Assembly: GCA_963730285.1 (NCBI GenBank)
Contig: CAVSQY010000001.1
Span: 140-64,139 of the forward strand
Source: an uncultured Actinomycetes bacterium
GTDB lineage: Bacteria; Actinomycetota; Acidimicrobiia; Spongiisociales; ZC4RG35
Direction of reading: 5' to 3'
DNA length: 64,000 bases
Within the stretch, counting starts at the first letter, position 1. Each line of letters opens with the position of its first letter. A program made the translations under genes and the position numbers. Shown here one piece after another: positions 8,688 to 17,895 of the stretch. The notes below the pieces were generated by a model. It did not search any database. It saw nothing but the letters and a program-made list of their open reading frames with translations, and was not told where the DNA came from.

Positions 8688-8856
8688 GCCTGAAGCGAAG
8701 CTTCAGGTTGGAGATTCACCGTCCTGCTGCTCCACATCAGTCTGGCGAATCTCCCGTCGATCATGAACTAAGTCCACGATACGAATGTGGTCGACTCTCC
8801 AGCGATCGCAAATCATATGAACTTGTCGAATGCAAAACTGGACGCCTGGACGCCCG

Positions 8857-8939
8857 TGCCGGGAGAAGGATTTGAACCTCCGAAGGCGTGAGCCGGCAGA
8901 TTTACAGTCTGCTCCCTTTGGCCGCTCGGGCATCCCGGC
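8857..8939 (-). tRNA. tRNA-Tyr (GTA), long variable arm
   Basis: The minus strand reads GCCGGGATGCCCGAGCGGCCAAAGGGAGCAGACTGTAAATCTGCCGGCTCACGCCTTCGGAGGTTCAAATCCTTCTCCCGGCA. The anticodon loop is CUGUAAA with anticodon GUA, and the long variable arm is typical of bacterial tRNA-Tyr. Confidence 0.8.
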
Positions 8940-9029
8940 ATGCCGGGACCACACGCCGACTGACGCGCAATCCGGGATTGCCGATGATAGAGCCGGTCCC
9001 CCGCTTCCACCAATGCTCGCAGGGCCTAT

Positions 9030-9881
9030 TTACCTGATGCCCTGGGCCATCTTGGTGAGACGGTCGATCCGCTCGTCGGTGGGTGGATGGGTGCTCAAGA
9101 GCCTCATCATCCCGCCCCCGCCACGCAGCGCCTTCATGGGGTTGTCGATGAAGAGTTGAGCCGTCGCCGGGTTCACCTTCATCGGTATCCGCGCCGTGCC
9201 GTTTGAGATCTTCTCGAGGGCGCTCGCCAGCATCATGGGCCGGCCTGTGGTCTCTGCGCCTGTCTCGTCGGCCTGGAACTCTCGAGTTCGGGATATGGCG
9301 AGACGGATCAGCATCGCCGCGATCGGGGCAACGATCAACGAGAGTAGGGCGCCGATGGCCCCTAGGGGACTGTTCCGGTTGTCACCACCACCGAACCAAA
9401 ACGCCATTCTGGCCAGCATGGTTAGGGCGGCCGCGATCATCGCCGCGATCGAGCTGATGAGAATGTCGCGATTTCTCACATGGGCCAACTCATGGGCGAG
9501 GACACCTTCCAACTCGTCGTTGCTGAGGAGCTGAAGGATCCCTGCGGTCACCGCCACTGCTGCCTTCCTGGGAGAGCGACCGGTTGCAAATGCGTTTGGC
9601 TGCTGTGAGTCGATTACATAAATCGAGGGCATCGGCATGTTGGTCTGGAGGGCCAACCGGCGGACGATTCCATAGACCTGGGGTAACTCGGCCTCGGTGA
9701 CCGGCCGTGCCCGGCTGGCGGCCAGGGCCAGCTTGTCGGAGAAGAAATAGGCGGCGAGGTTGAACCCGATGGCGATCACGAAGCCGATCCAGTAGCCACC
9801 CTGGGGAAAGAGCGACGTGGCCACGAGCCACAGCAAGACGCTCATGAAGGCGAGCAGACCCACCGTTTTCAGGTTGTTCAT
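9030..9881 (-). CDS. htpX: zinc metalloprotease HtpX (M48 family)
   Basis: HELAH zinc motif, four TM segments and an N-terminus MNNLKTVGLLAFMSVLL. The start is trimmed from ORF start 10016 to the internal Met. Confidence 0.85.
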   Translation of the reverse strand: MNNLKTVGLLAFMSVLLWLVATSLFPQGGYWIGFVIAIGFNLAAYFFSDKLALAASRARPVTEAELPQVYGIVRRLALQTNMPMPSIYVIDSQQPNAFATGRSPRKAAVAVTAGILQLLSNDELEGVLAHELAHVRNRDILISSIAAMIAAALTMLARMAFWFGGGDNRNSPLGAIGALLSLIVAPIAAMLIRLAISRTREFQADETGAETTGRPMMLASALEKISNGTARIPMKVNPATAQLFIDNPMKALRGGGGMMRLLSTHPPTDERIDRLTKMAQGIR

Positions 9882-10030
9882 AAGGCGAATTCTACCGAGA
9901 GCCGGGGTATATCCGGGAGGCTCCCACGGTTCTCCAACACGCACACGCAGAGTGGTGTATGGTCTCACGCCGTGTGGAGGACTCCCTCCAAGGCTAACCG
10001 TTCTGGGGCTAGACAAGTCAAGGAGGAACA

Positions 10031-12976
10031 GTGAGGAGAAGACTTCTCATCGTCGTGGCCGTGCTGGCTACGGCATTCGCAATGTCGGTTCCTGCAGTGG
10101 GTGCTCAGAACGAGACCCAGATGGCGGCCACACCGAAGCAGGTCGCACCAAGCAGCAACGGCAGCTACATAGTCGTGATGCAGGCTGATCCCCTCGTCGC
10201 GACCGAAGGCAAGGAGAACCTGGACAGCAAGAAGGCCAAGAAGCGCGCTTCTGAGCTCCAGCAGAGCCACGACAAGGCCCTGACCGACGCCGGTGTCAAC
10301 AAGGGCGAGAAGATCAACGACTACGTCAACGCCCTGAATGGATTCTCAGCCGCGCTCTCGTACGCCAAGGCTCAAAAGATCGCCAACGACCCGAACGTCG
10401 CGCTCGTCGTCCCCGATGAGCTCCAGCAGAAGATGACCGATTCCAGCCCCACATTCCTGGGTCTCGACGGCCCTGCCGGGCCGTGGCAAACGGGTTATGA
10501 CGGCGAGGGGGTGGTGGTCGGAGTCATCGATACAGGGATCTGGCCAGAGCACCCCAGCTTCGCCGACGACGGTAGCTACCCGGCGCCCCCAACCGGCGCC
10601 CTCCCTTGCGAGTTCGGCAACACCGCAGCCAACCCCAACGATGCCCCATTCACGTGCAACAACAAGCTGATCGGTGCCCGCCAGATGCTCGACACATATC
10701 GAGCTCTCGAGATACTGGAACCCGATGAATTCGACTCGGCTCGTGACGACGATGGTCACGGGACGCATACCGCCTCCACTGCCGCCGGAAATGCCGGGGT
10801 TGAGGCGTCGATCTTCGGCATCCCCCGTGGCACCATTTCGGGGATAGCACCTCGTGCGCACATCATCGCATATAAGGCCTTGGGCAATCTCGGCGGCTAC
10901 ACGTCCGACCTGGCCAATGCCATCGATCAGGCGGTGGCCGACGGTGTGGATGTCATCAACTACTCGATCGGTGGCGGCGCCGGTCTCACCGGTGCAGACG
11001 ACATCGCGTTCCTTTTCGCAGCAGACGCCGGTGTGTTCGTGGCCACGTCAGCCGGGAACAGTGGCCCTGGTGCCGGAACGGTTGGAAGCCCGGGCAACGA
11101 TCCTTGGATTACCACGGTAGGTGCCAGCACCCAACCACGGTTCTTCGATGGAACCGTGGTCCTCGGCAGCGGTGCCGAGTATCACGGCGCATCGATCACC
11201 CACGGGGTGGGTCAATCGCCACTGGTGGATGCCGCCGACTATGGCAACGAGCTGTGTGACTCCACCGTTCCGTTCACCGACGACGTTTCGGGGGCAATCG
11301 TCCTGTGCAAACGCGGTGTAACAGCACGTGCCGACAAGAGCCTCGCCGTGTACAACGCGGGCGGGGTCGGAATGGTTCTCTACAACGCGAACGACGTGGA
11401 CAACCTGTTCACCGACAACCACTGGGTGCCCTCGGTCCACGTCGACAACACACCGGGCCTGGCCATCAAGAGCTACATTGCCTCGGCTTCAAGCCCGACT
11501 GCTGCGATAACCAACACGACCAATGTCACCAAGTGGGAATCGGCTCCATCGATGACGATCTTCTCGTCCCGCGGGCCAAATACCCCGGCACTGGACATCA
11601 TCAAGCCGGACGTGACTGCGCCAGGTTTGCAGATCCTGGCTGGGAACTCTCCGTTCCCCGATCCCGACTCGACACCACCCGGAGAGTTGTTCCAGGCGAT
11701 TGCCGGGACATCGATGTCCAGCCCACATGTGGCCGGTCTGTTCGCGTTGATCAAGCAGGCACATCCCGACTGGAGTGCAGCCATGGCCAAGTCGGCGCTG
11801 ATGACCACTGCCTATCAGGACGTGGTCGACAACGACCGGGTGTCGCAAGCTGATCCGTTCGACATGGGTGCCGGACATGTCGACCCGGGAAGCAAGGTGC
11901 ACAAGGGCTCGGCATTCCAGCCGGGGCTGGCTTACGACGCAGGCCTGTTCGAATATGCGGGATTCACGTGTGGTGCCGAGCTTGGGATCTTCAGTACTGG
12001 CTCATGCGCTTTCCTCGAGAGCATCGGGGTACCCACTGATCCGAGCGACCTGAACCTCCCTTCGATTGGGGTGGCCGACCTGACCAGCACCCAGACCGTC
12101 ACCCGCACTGTGACAAGTGTGGCGCAGGAGAACGGCTGGCGCACATATACGCCCGAGATTCACGCTCCGGCGGGATACTCAGTGACCGTCTCCCCATCCA
12201 GCTTCAAGTTGAAGAAGGGACAGTCGGCGACGTACCAAGTCACCATCACCAACAACTCAGCTCCAATCGGAGAGTGGCGATTCGGCTCCCTCACCTGGCA
12301 TGAGAAGACAGGGCATTACGACGTCTACAGCCCAATCGCCGTTCGAGCGGCGCAGCTCGTTGCACCGGACAACATCACCGGAAGTGGTGAGAGCGGATCG
12401 GCCAGCTTCGACATTACGTTCGGCTACACGGGTGACTACACGGCCGCGCCGCACGGATTGGAGCCTGCTGTTGTGACCAGCGACAACGTGCTGCAAGACC
12501 CGGATCAAACCTTCAATAAGGATGACGGGTACTCAGATGCTCACACATTCAGTTTGAGCGGTGCCGCCCTTTTCAGGGTGGCCATACCACCGGAGGCGAC
12601 CGAGGCGAATGCTGACTTGGACGTCTATGTCTACGACCCAGGCGATCGCCTTGTTGCTCAGTCGACACTCGGTGGCACCGACGAAGAAGTGACCATTGAG
12701 AACCCAGCAGATGGCACGTGGACGGTTTACGTCCACGGCTGGGCAACACCTGGAGGTGACTCGAACTACGACATGTACAGCTGGGTCATCTCCGCCACAC
12801 CGGGCGGGAACCTGATGGTCGACAGTGCGCCCACTTCGGCGACGATCGGGACTACTGGAACCGTCAACATCAGCTGGACTGGCGCCACTACGGGTCAATG
12901 GCACCTTGGTGCCGTGTCACACAGCGACGGCGGAGGCATATTCGGCCTGACCCTCGTGGAGGTGGACAACCGCTAG
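10031..12976 (+). CDS. secreted subtilisin-like serine protease (S8 family), multidomain
   Basis: 981 aa with an AAGGAGG RBS before a GTG start and a signal peptide. The catalytic triad motifs are present: D (VGVIDTGI), H (HGTHTAST) and S (GTSMSSPHVAG). A PA-like insert and C-terminal beta-sandwich domains follow. Confidence 0.9.
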   Translation: MRRRLLIVVAVLATAFAMSVPAVGAQNETQMAATPKQVAPSSNGSYIVVMQADPLVATEGKENLDSKKAKKRASELQQSHDKALTDAGVNKGEKINDYVNALNGFSAALSYAKAQKIANDPNVALVVPDELQQKMTDSSPTFLGLDGPAGPWQTGYDGEGVVVGVIDTGIWPEHPSFADDGSYPAPPTGALPCEFGNTAANPNDAPFTCNNKLIGARQMLDTYRALEILEPDEFDSARDDDGHGTHTASTAAGNAGVEASIFGIPRGTISGIAPRAHIIAYKALGNLGGYTSDLANAIDQAVADGVDVINYSIGGGAGLTGADDIAFLFAADAGVFVATSAGNSGPGAGTVGSPGNDPWITTVGASTQPRFFDGTVVLGSGAEYHGASITHGVGQSPLVDAADYGNELCDSTVPFTDDVSGAIVLCKRGVTARADKSLAVYNAGGVGMVLYNANDVDNLFTDNHWVPSVHVDNTPGLAIKSYIASASSPTAAITNTTNVTKWESAPSMTIFSSRGPNTPALDIIKPDVTAPGLQILAGNSPFPDPDSTPPGELFQAIAGTSMSSPHVAGLFALIKQAHPDWSAAMAKSALMTTAYQDVVDNDRVSQADPFDMGAGHVDPGSKVHKGSAFQPGLAYDAGLFEYAGFTCGAELGIFSTGSCAFLESIGVPTDPSDLNLPSIGVADLTSTQTVTRTVTSVAQENGWRTYTPEIHAPAGYSVTVSPSSFKLKKGQSATYQVTITNNSAPIGEWRFGSLTWHEKTGHYDVYSPIAVRAAQLVAPDNITGSGESGSASFDITFGYTGDYTAAPHGLEPAVVTSDNVLQDPDQTFNKDDGYSDAHTFSLSGAALFRVAIPPEATEANADLDVYVYDPGDRLVAQSTLGGTDEEVTIENPADGTWTVYVHGWATPGGDSNYDMYSWVISATPGGNLMVDSAPTSATIGTTGTVNISWTGATTGQWHLGAVSHSDGGGIFGLTLVEVDNR

Positions 12977-12996
12977 ACAGTCAATGAGAGAAACGA

Positions 12997-13030
12997 AGAA
13001 GGGGGGCGTCTCCACGGGACGCCCCCCTTC
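12997..13030. terminator. bidirectional GC-rich hairpin between convergent genes
   Basis: GAAGGGGGGCGUC-UCCACG-GGACGCCCCCCUUC, a perfect 13-bp stem between the protease stop and the convergent lipoprotein stop. Confidence 0.6.
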
Positions 13031-13039
13031 TCATTGGAC

Positions 13040-13516
13040 TTATTGATCGAAACCTGGCGGTGGGACGAACTCGTACCCGCCGTCCTTCTCCGAAGAAGGG
13101 CAGAGGAACGGAACACCATCAGACCCGGCGTGATAGTCGTACTTCCTTTCCTGGTATTGAAGGACTACCTGTGTCCCATCGACAAGAGCCTGCGTGTAAG
13201 AGGTATCTGGCTCGGGGCAGCCCAGACTGCCATCGGGCCAAGTGACTGCTTCGGCCTTCACGACGGTGATCAGGCCGGGCGTCACTTTCAAATCTGTCGC
13301 CAGCATGCCAATGGCGACCTCTGCAACTGAATCTGGATCAGCCATGGTTGTCGATGCCATCTCTAACGTTGTCGTGGACACATTATTGGTAGTGATTGTC
13401 ACGAGTGACCCGGTCGTGGTCGTTGTGGCCTCCCCACCCTCGACCCCGCCACCGCAAGCGGCCGCCCCAATAGTCAGCGATAGGAAAATGACAAGTCGTC
13501 TCATGATCTGATTCAC
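13040..13516 (-). CDS. putative lipoprotein with Thr-rich linker, unknown function
   Basis: Signal peptide with a lipobox-like AAAC, followed by a poly-Thr stretch ATTTTTGSLVTITTNNVSTTT. Confidence 0.5.
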   Translation of the reverse strand: MNQIMRRLVIFLSLTIGAAACGGGVEGGEATTTTTGSLVTITTNNVSTTTLEMASTTMADPDSVAEVAIGMLATDLKVTPGLITVVKAEAVTWPDGSLGCPEPDTSYTQALVDGTQVVLQYQERKYDYHAGSDGVPFLCPSSEKDGGYEFVPPPGFDQ

Positions 13517-13549
13517 ATTGTGACGTCCACGAGCGCCTAACCGGTTCCC

Positions 13550-14590
13550 CTACTTCCTTGCCACCAGGACTCGAAAATCCCCCAGGCCTCGAGGGTGCAA
13601 TATGGTCTCCGCCTCGGTCTTCAGAGTGCGGAGCCGGAGGCGCTCCATGTCGTCGCCGGCCCGGGCCGACTCGAGCTCGGCGTGTCTCAACTCTGAAAGC
13701 CGTTCCCGCAAACCCCAGCCGGTGAGAAACTGATCCTGACGATGAAGCTCGACCCGGGCACCGGCAGCATCGGCGACCGTCACCAGCGCGGTGAAGTTGA
13801 CGTCGGCGGTGATGTCCGTCTCCCCGGGCTCATCGAGGGGATGGGGCCCGAGATGATGTGCCCGATAGGTGCGAAGTGTCCCGTCCCGGCGACGGGGCAA
13901 AAGGCCTTCCGCAGTCTCCCCGTAGTCGAAGATCACCAGGGCCCCATCGGTCAGTCGCTCCAGGGCATCCTTCACCCATTCACTCGCTCGAAGCTGAACC
14001 TCCACCCAACCTCCGTCCTCGACATCGCCGGCGAACGACTCCAGCCAAGCCAAGACCTCGGGTCTGGGGTCGGCGTCGATGAAGGTGAGCTGATTCCCAT
14101 CGACACCCACCCAACGCTCACGCCAACCGGGCGCCGACCGCTGGGCCAGGGCCATGGGGAGGTTGTCGATCAGCTCGTTGGCCAAGATCACTCCTCGGAC
14201 CGAGTCGGGCAGCTTCTCCCTGATGCGGTCCTCCGGGAGGAGATCGCGCAGGGCCACCCGGGCGGCAGGTGATGCCTCGACTGCAGTGACAGGAATCGAC
14301 ATCGCCTCCAGGATCGGCCTCAGCAGCGAGCCGGACCCGGCGGCCACTTCCACGAGCTCGAATGGATCACCCACGCGAACCCGTTCAGACTCCAGGAAAA
14401 CGACCAACGTCTCGCCAAACAAGCGGCTGATCTCGGGTGACGTGAGAAAGTCGCCGGCCTTATCGGAGCGCAGCTGGCCCGTTGAAAAAAACCCGCCCGC
14501 AGGGTCATACAGGGCAAGGTCCATGAAGTACTCGAACGGGATCGGGCCTCTCCTTCGGATCTCGTCGAGGATGACGGCGTGGGAACTCAT
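13550..14590 (-). CDS. class I SAM-dependent methyltransferase, MidA/NDUFAF7 (DUF185) family
   Basis: 346 aa with a SAM-binding VEVAAGSGSL region; the overall architecture is typical of COG1565. Confidence 0.7.
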   Translation of the reverse strand: MSSHAVILDEIRRRGPIPFEYFMDLALYDPAGGFFSTGQLRSDKAGDFLTSPEISRLFGETLVVFLESERVRVGDPFELVEVAAGSGSLLRPILEAMSIPVTAVEASPAARVALRDLLPEDRIREKLPDSVRGVILANELIDNLPMALAQRSAPGWRERWVGVDGNQLTFIDADPRPEVLAWLESFAGDVEDGGWVEVQLRASEWVKDALERLTDGALVIFDYGETAEGLLPRRRDGTLRTYRAHHLGPHPLDEPGETDITADVNFTALVTVADAAGARVELHRQDQFLTGWGLRERLSELRHAELESARAGDDMERLRLRTLKTEAETILHPRGLGDFRVLVARK

Positions 14591-14643
14591 CTCAGGTTCG
14601 CGGGATGGGTAAAAGGCTTCTCCCCGGCATCTACTGTGAGTGT

Positions 14644-15483
14644 ATGAAGTTTGGCATCAGTGTTTTCCCCACCGACAAGTCGATGCGCCCCGATGACCTG
14701 GCCAGGGAGGTCGAGGCACGCGGCTTCGAATCGCTTTGGTTTCCCGAGCACTCGCATATACCCATATCTCGGGAGACTCCCTGGGGAGGCCGCGAAGGAG
14801 CACCGCCACTCCCGGAGCACTATTGGCGCAGCCACGACGCGTTCGTAGCCCTCTCCTACGCCGGAGCCGCCACCACCACGCTCAAGCTCGGGGCCGGTGT
14901 GATCCTGATCGCACAGAGGGACCCGATCTGGACCGCCAAGGAGGTCGCCAGCCTGGACCTCCTTTCTTCGGGACGCGTCATCCTCGGCATCGGCTACGGA
15001 TGGAATAGGGAAGAGATGGCCCAGCATGGGGTCCACTACACAGAGCGCCGAGCCCTACTCCGGGAGAAGGTGCTGATGATGAAGGCACTCTGGGGTGCGG
15101 ACGAGGCGTCGTTCAAGGGTGACCGTCTCACTCTCGAGCCTTCATGGGCATGGCCCAAGCCCATCCAACAACCACACCCCCCGATCTTCATGGGGGCCGC
15201 GGCCGGGCCCAAGACACTGCGCGACATCGTGGAGTTCTGCGACGGATGGATGCCCATCGCCGGTCGTCACGACATCGTGGATGAGGTCACCCGGATCCGC
15301 CAAGCGGTGGCCGACGCCGGGCGAGATGCATCGTCGTTTCAGATCACTGCTTATCAGGCAAAGCCGGATCAAGTAGAGACCCTGGCCGAGGCAGGTGTCG
15401 ACCGCGCCGTGTTCGGCATCCGTTCCCTGGGACGCGAGGAGACGGTCCCCTATCTCGACAAGCTGGCTGCAGCGATCACCTGA
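14644..15483 (+). CDS. LLM class F420-dependent oxidoreductase (luciferase-like monooxygenase family)
   Basis: MKFGISVFPT start and a TIM-barrel LLM signature (SLWFPEH ... LGIGYGWNREE). I placed the start at the internal Met at 14644. Confidence 0.8.
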   Translation: MKFGISVFPTDKSMRPDDLAREVEARGFESLWFPEHSHIPISRETPWGGREGAPPLPEHYWRSHDAFVALSYAGAATTTLKLGAGVILIAQRDPIWTAKEVASLDLLSSGRVILGIGYGWNREEMAQHGVHYTERRALLREKVLMMKALWGADEASFKGDRLTLEPSWAWPKPIQQPHPPIFMGAAAGPKTLRDIVEFCDGWMPIAGRHDIVDEVTRIRQAVADAGRDASSFQITAYQAKPDQVETLAEAGVDRAVFGIRSLGREETVPYLDKLAAAIT

Positions 15484-15490
15484 TATTGCG

Positions 15491-16651
15491 TCAGAGAGGC
15501 TCAACCGCCGCAGTCAGGCCCATGGCGGCCAGGTCGCTGCGGATCTCCTCGACGTAGATCGCATTCATTGGGATCACGAGGTCGGGCCTCACCTGCTCCA
15601 ACACGCTCGGGGGCTGCACCTCGGCAGCGACGGTAGGCAACCATTTACCCTGCTTGTGTGGGTTGATGTCCACGACGGTGAGTTGTTCGACCCCAATCGT
15701 GGCGAGGAAGGCCACCGCTTTAGAGCCACCGCCCCAAATCGCCACCTCGGAGCCGCGGTCGATCCTCGAGCCGATCTCTTCTCGCCAGCGCCCAATCGTT
15801 TCGGAAGTCTTCGCTTTGAACGACTCGGCGGCTCGAATGGTGTCTTCGACATCATCGAGGATGAACACATCCTGGGTGGTGGCTGCCCGGGCGAGTGAGA
15901 GAATGTACTGCTCTTCGAAGTCGAGCCAAGCCCGGGTTGGGATGAGACCGCTCCGGGCGACGGCCCGAGCGAGAGAACCTTTCGTGAAATAGGAGCAGTG
16001 CTCGTAGTACACGTCCCAGAAAGCGCCCTCGTCCAAGACACGGCGAGCGTCGGGCACTTCGGTGAAGAGAGCAGCCGCATCCGTCCCCCTCGTCGACTTC
16101 GCCAGCCACCCAAAGAATTCCCCCACATTGGGAACGTGCTCCATCAGGTGTCGGCTCAGGACCAAGTCTGCGGTCAAATTGGCCGATTCGCTGCCATACC
16201 ACTCCCGGCGAAACTCGATCACGCCCGGGCCCGCCGCCGGGCGATTGGGGAGATAACCCGGATCGAGGCCAAGGCCACCCCCGACTCCCCGCTCGGCGAG
16301 GAGCATCATGAAATCGCCCTTGCCACATCCGATCTCCAGAACAGATCGACCCTCGAGATCGAGCTCTTCGACCAGCCAGTCAGCCAACCCACTCGCAAAG
16401 GATTGGAATTTTGGACTGAATGCCTGACTCTCTTCGGTCGGCTTCGAGTAGTCGACCAGCGTTGGATCGAAAAGCACGTTCTGGATGAAGCCACAGTTGC
16501 CGCAAACAGCCAGCTCCATGTCACCTGTCGGGTATTGACGCGCCTCAGCCTCGTGATCCAAGAGGACGCAGGTTTGGGTAGGAAGCCTTTCGGCGCGATA
16601 GAAGGTGGTGAGTGCCGTTCCCCTACAAGCGGCACAAGTGTGGGCTTGCAT
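15491..16651 (-). CDS. NDP-hexose C-methyltransferase-like (TylCIII/NovU family) class I SAM methyltransferase, paralog 2
   Basis: N-terminal Cys-rich zinc module (CAACRG...CGNCGFIQN), SAM motif LEIGCGKGDFM and the C-methyltransferase C-terminal domain. The start MQAHTC shares 1 nt with the upstream stop (TGATG). Confidence 0.75.
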   Translation of the reverse strand: MQAHTCAACRGTALTTFYRAERLPTQTCVLLDHEAEARQYPTGDMELAVCGNCGFIQNVLFDPTLVDYSKPTEESQAFSPKFQSFASGLADWLVEELDLEGRSVLEIGCGKGDFMMLLAERGVGGGLGLDPGYLPNRPAAGPGVIEFRREWYGSESANLTADLVLSRHLMEHVPNVGEFFGWLAKSTRGTDAAALFTEVPDARRVLDEGAFWDVYYEHCSYFTKGSLARAVARSGLIPTRAWLDFEEQYILSLARAATTQDVFILDDVEDTIRAAESFKAKTSETIGRWREEIGSRIDRGSEVAIWGGGSKAVAFLATIGVEQLTVVDINPHKQGKWLPTVAAEVQPPSVLEQVRPDLVIPMNAIYVEEIRSDLAAMGLTAAVEPL

Positions 16652-17895
16652 CAAATGACCGACGGTCTGGGTATGGGGATGACAAAACGACCGCCATCCA
16701 TGGCGAAACTCGACTGCTGTCGCATGATCTCGTCTTTGAAGTTCCACGCCAGGATCAGCAGGTAGCCGGGTGGGTCGTCGGCCAGACGGGATGGCCCAAC
16801 GATCTCGACCGGCGTGCCCGGCATTTCGAGACCCTGTTTGTGGATGTTCCGATCGACCACATACTGGAGACGGTCGCCTATTTGGCAGTAGTTCACCAGG
16901 ATGGCGCCTTTGGCGGCCGCTCCGTAGGCGGCGATGGTCGACCCATCCCCTGCCAATTGATCGAGGAGCCTGACCAAGTCACCCTTGATTCCCCTCACCC
17001 GTTCGGCGAAAGAGCGGTAGTAGCCGGCATCGAGCATCCCTTCCTCCCGCTCGGCACCCAGATACTCGCCAACCTCGGCGTCGGCCACGCCGTGGCGGTC
17101 GAACCAGACCCGGATGGAGCCCCCATGGATATCGAGGTGCTCGACGGCGACCAGGTTGAGCCCGTGTCTTCCGAACAGCTCAGTGACCGAGGACACGGAG
17201 AAGTAGCAATGGTGCTCGTGGTAGATCGTGTCGAACTCGCAGTTCTCGATGAGATCGCGCACGTAGGGAAACTCCATCACCACGGTCCCGCCGTCGTCGA
17301 GCAAGATCGACATGGCCTCGACAAAGGCATTGAGATCCGGGACATGAGCCAGGACGTTGTTCCCGATGATCACATCGGGCCTACGATCCTCGGCCACGAG
17401 CCTTCGGGCCAGATCGACGTCGAAGAACTGATTCAGAGTGGGCACCCCGCGGGTTTCGGCGGCGGCCGCCGGACCAGGGGCGGGGTCGATCCCAAGGACC
17501 GGGATCCCCGCCTTGACGAACCACTGGAGCAGGTAGCCGTCGTTCGAAGCGAGCTCAATCACGAGCGAGTTGGAGTCGACCCCGGTTCTCTCGATGATTC
17601 CCTCCACGTTGAGCCGGGCGTGCTCGACCAGGTGATCTGAGAAGGACGAGTAGTAGGGATACTCGGCACCAAACAGAGTGGTCGGATCAACAGTCTCTTT
17701 GATCTGCATCAAGGCGCACGTCTCACAGAAGACGACGGTTAGTGGGTAGACCTTCTCCCGGGCTCGATCGAAACCGGCGGGGACAAGGCCGTCGGAGAGC
17801 GGCAACAACCCGAGATCGACGACCGGATGCAACGAGCGACTCAGACAGGATCGGCAGTGGTCCAGTGTCTCGTAGTCGGTGCCGAGGTCAGGCAC
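16651..17895 (-). CDS. NDP-hexose C-methyltransferase-like (TylCIII/NovU family) class I SAM methyltransferase, paralog 1
   Basis: 414 aa with a CRSC...CETCALMQ zinc module and SAM motif LASNDGYLL. It has the same domain order as its neighbour. Confidence 0.8.
   Translation of the reverse strand: MPDLGTDYETLDHCRSCLSRSLHPVVDLGLLPLSDGLVPAGFDRAREKVYPLTVVFCETCALMQIKETVDPTTLFGAEYPYYSSFSDHLVEHARLNVEGIIERTGVDSNSLVIELASNDGYLLQWFVKAGIPVLGIDPAPGPAAAAETRGVPTLNQFFDVDLARRLVAEDRRPDVIIGNNVLAHVPDLNAFVEAMSILLDDGGTVVMEFPYVRDLIENCEFDTIYHEHHCYFSVSSVTELFGRHGLNLVAVEHLDIHGGSIRVWFDRHGVADAEVGEYLGAEREEGMLDAGYYRSFAERVRGIKGDLVRLLDQLAGDGSTIAAYGAAAKGAILVNYCQIGDRLQYVVDRNIHKQGLEMPGTPVEIVGPSRLADDPPGYLLILAWNFKDEIMRQQSSFAMDGGRFVIPIPRPSVI

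Noticed and set aside
8688-8856. Possible tRNA-Gly between tRNA-Tyr and tRNA-Thr (by analogy to the E. coli tufB operon)
   Set aside because: There is no T-loop (GTTCRANYC) or cloverleaf. The segment contains only the repeated leader hairpin and a short hairpin.
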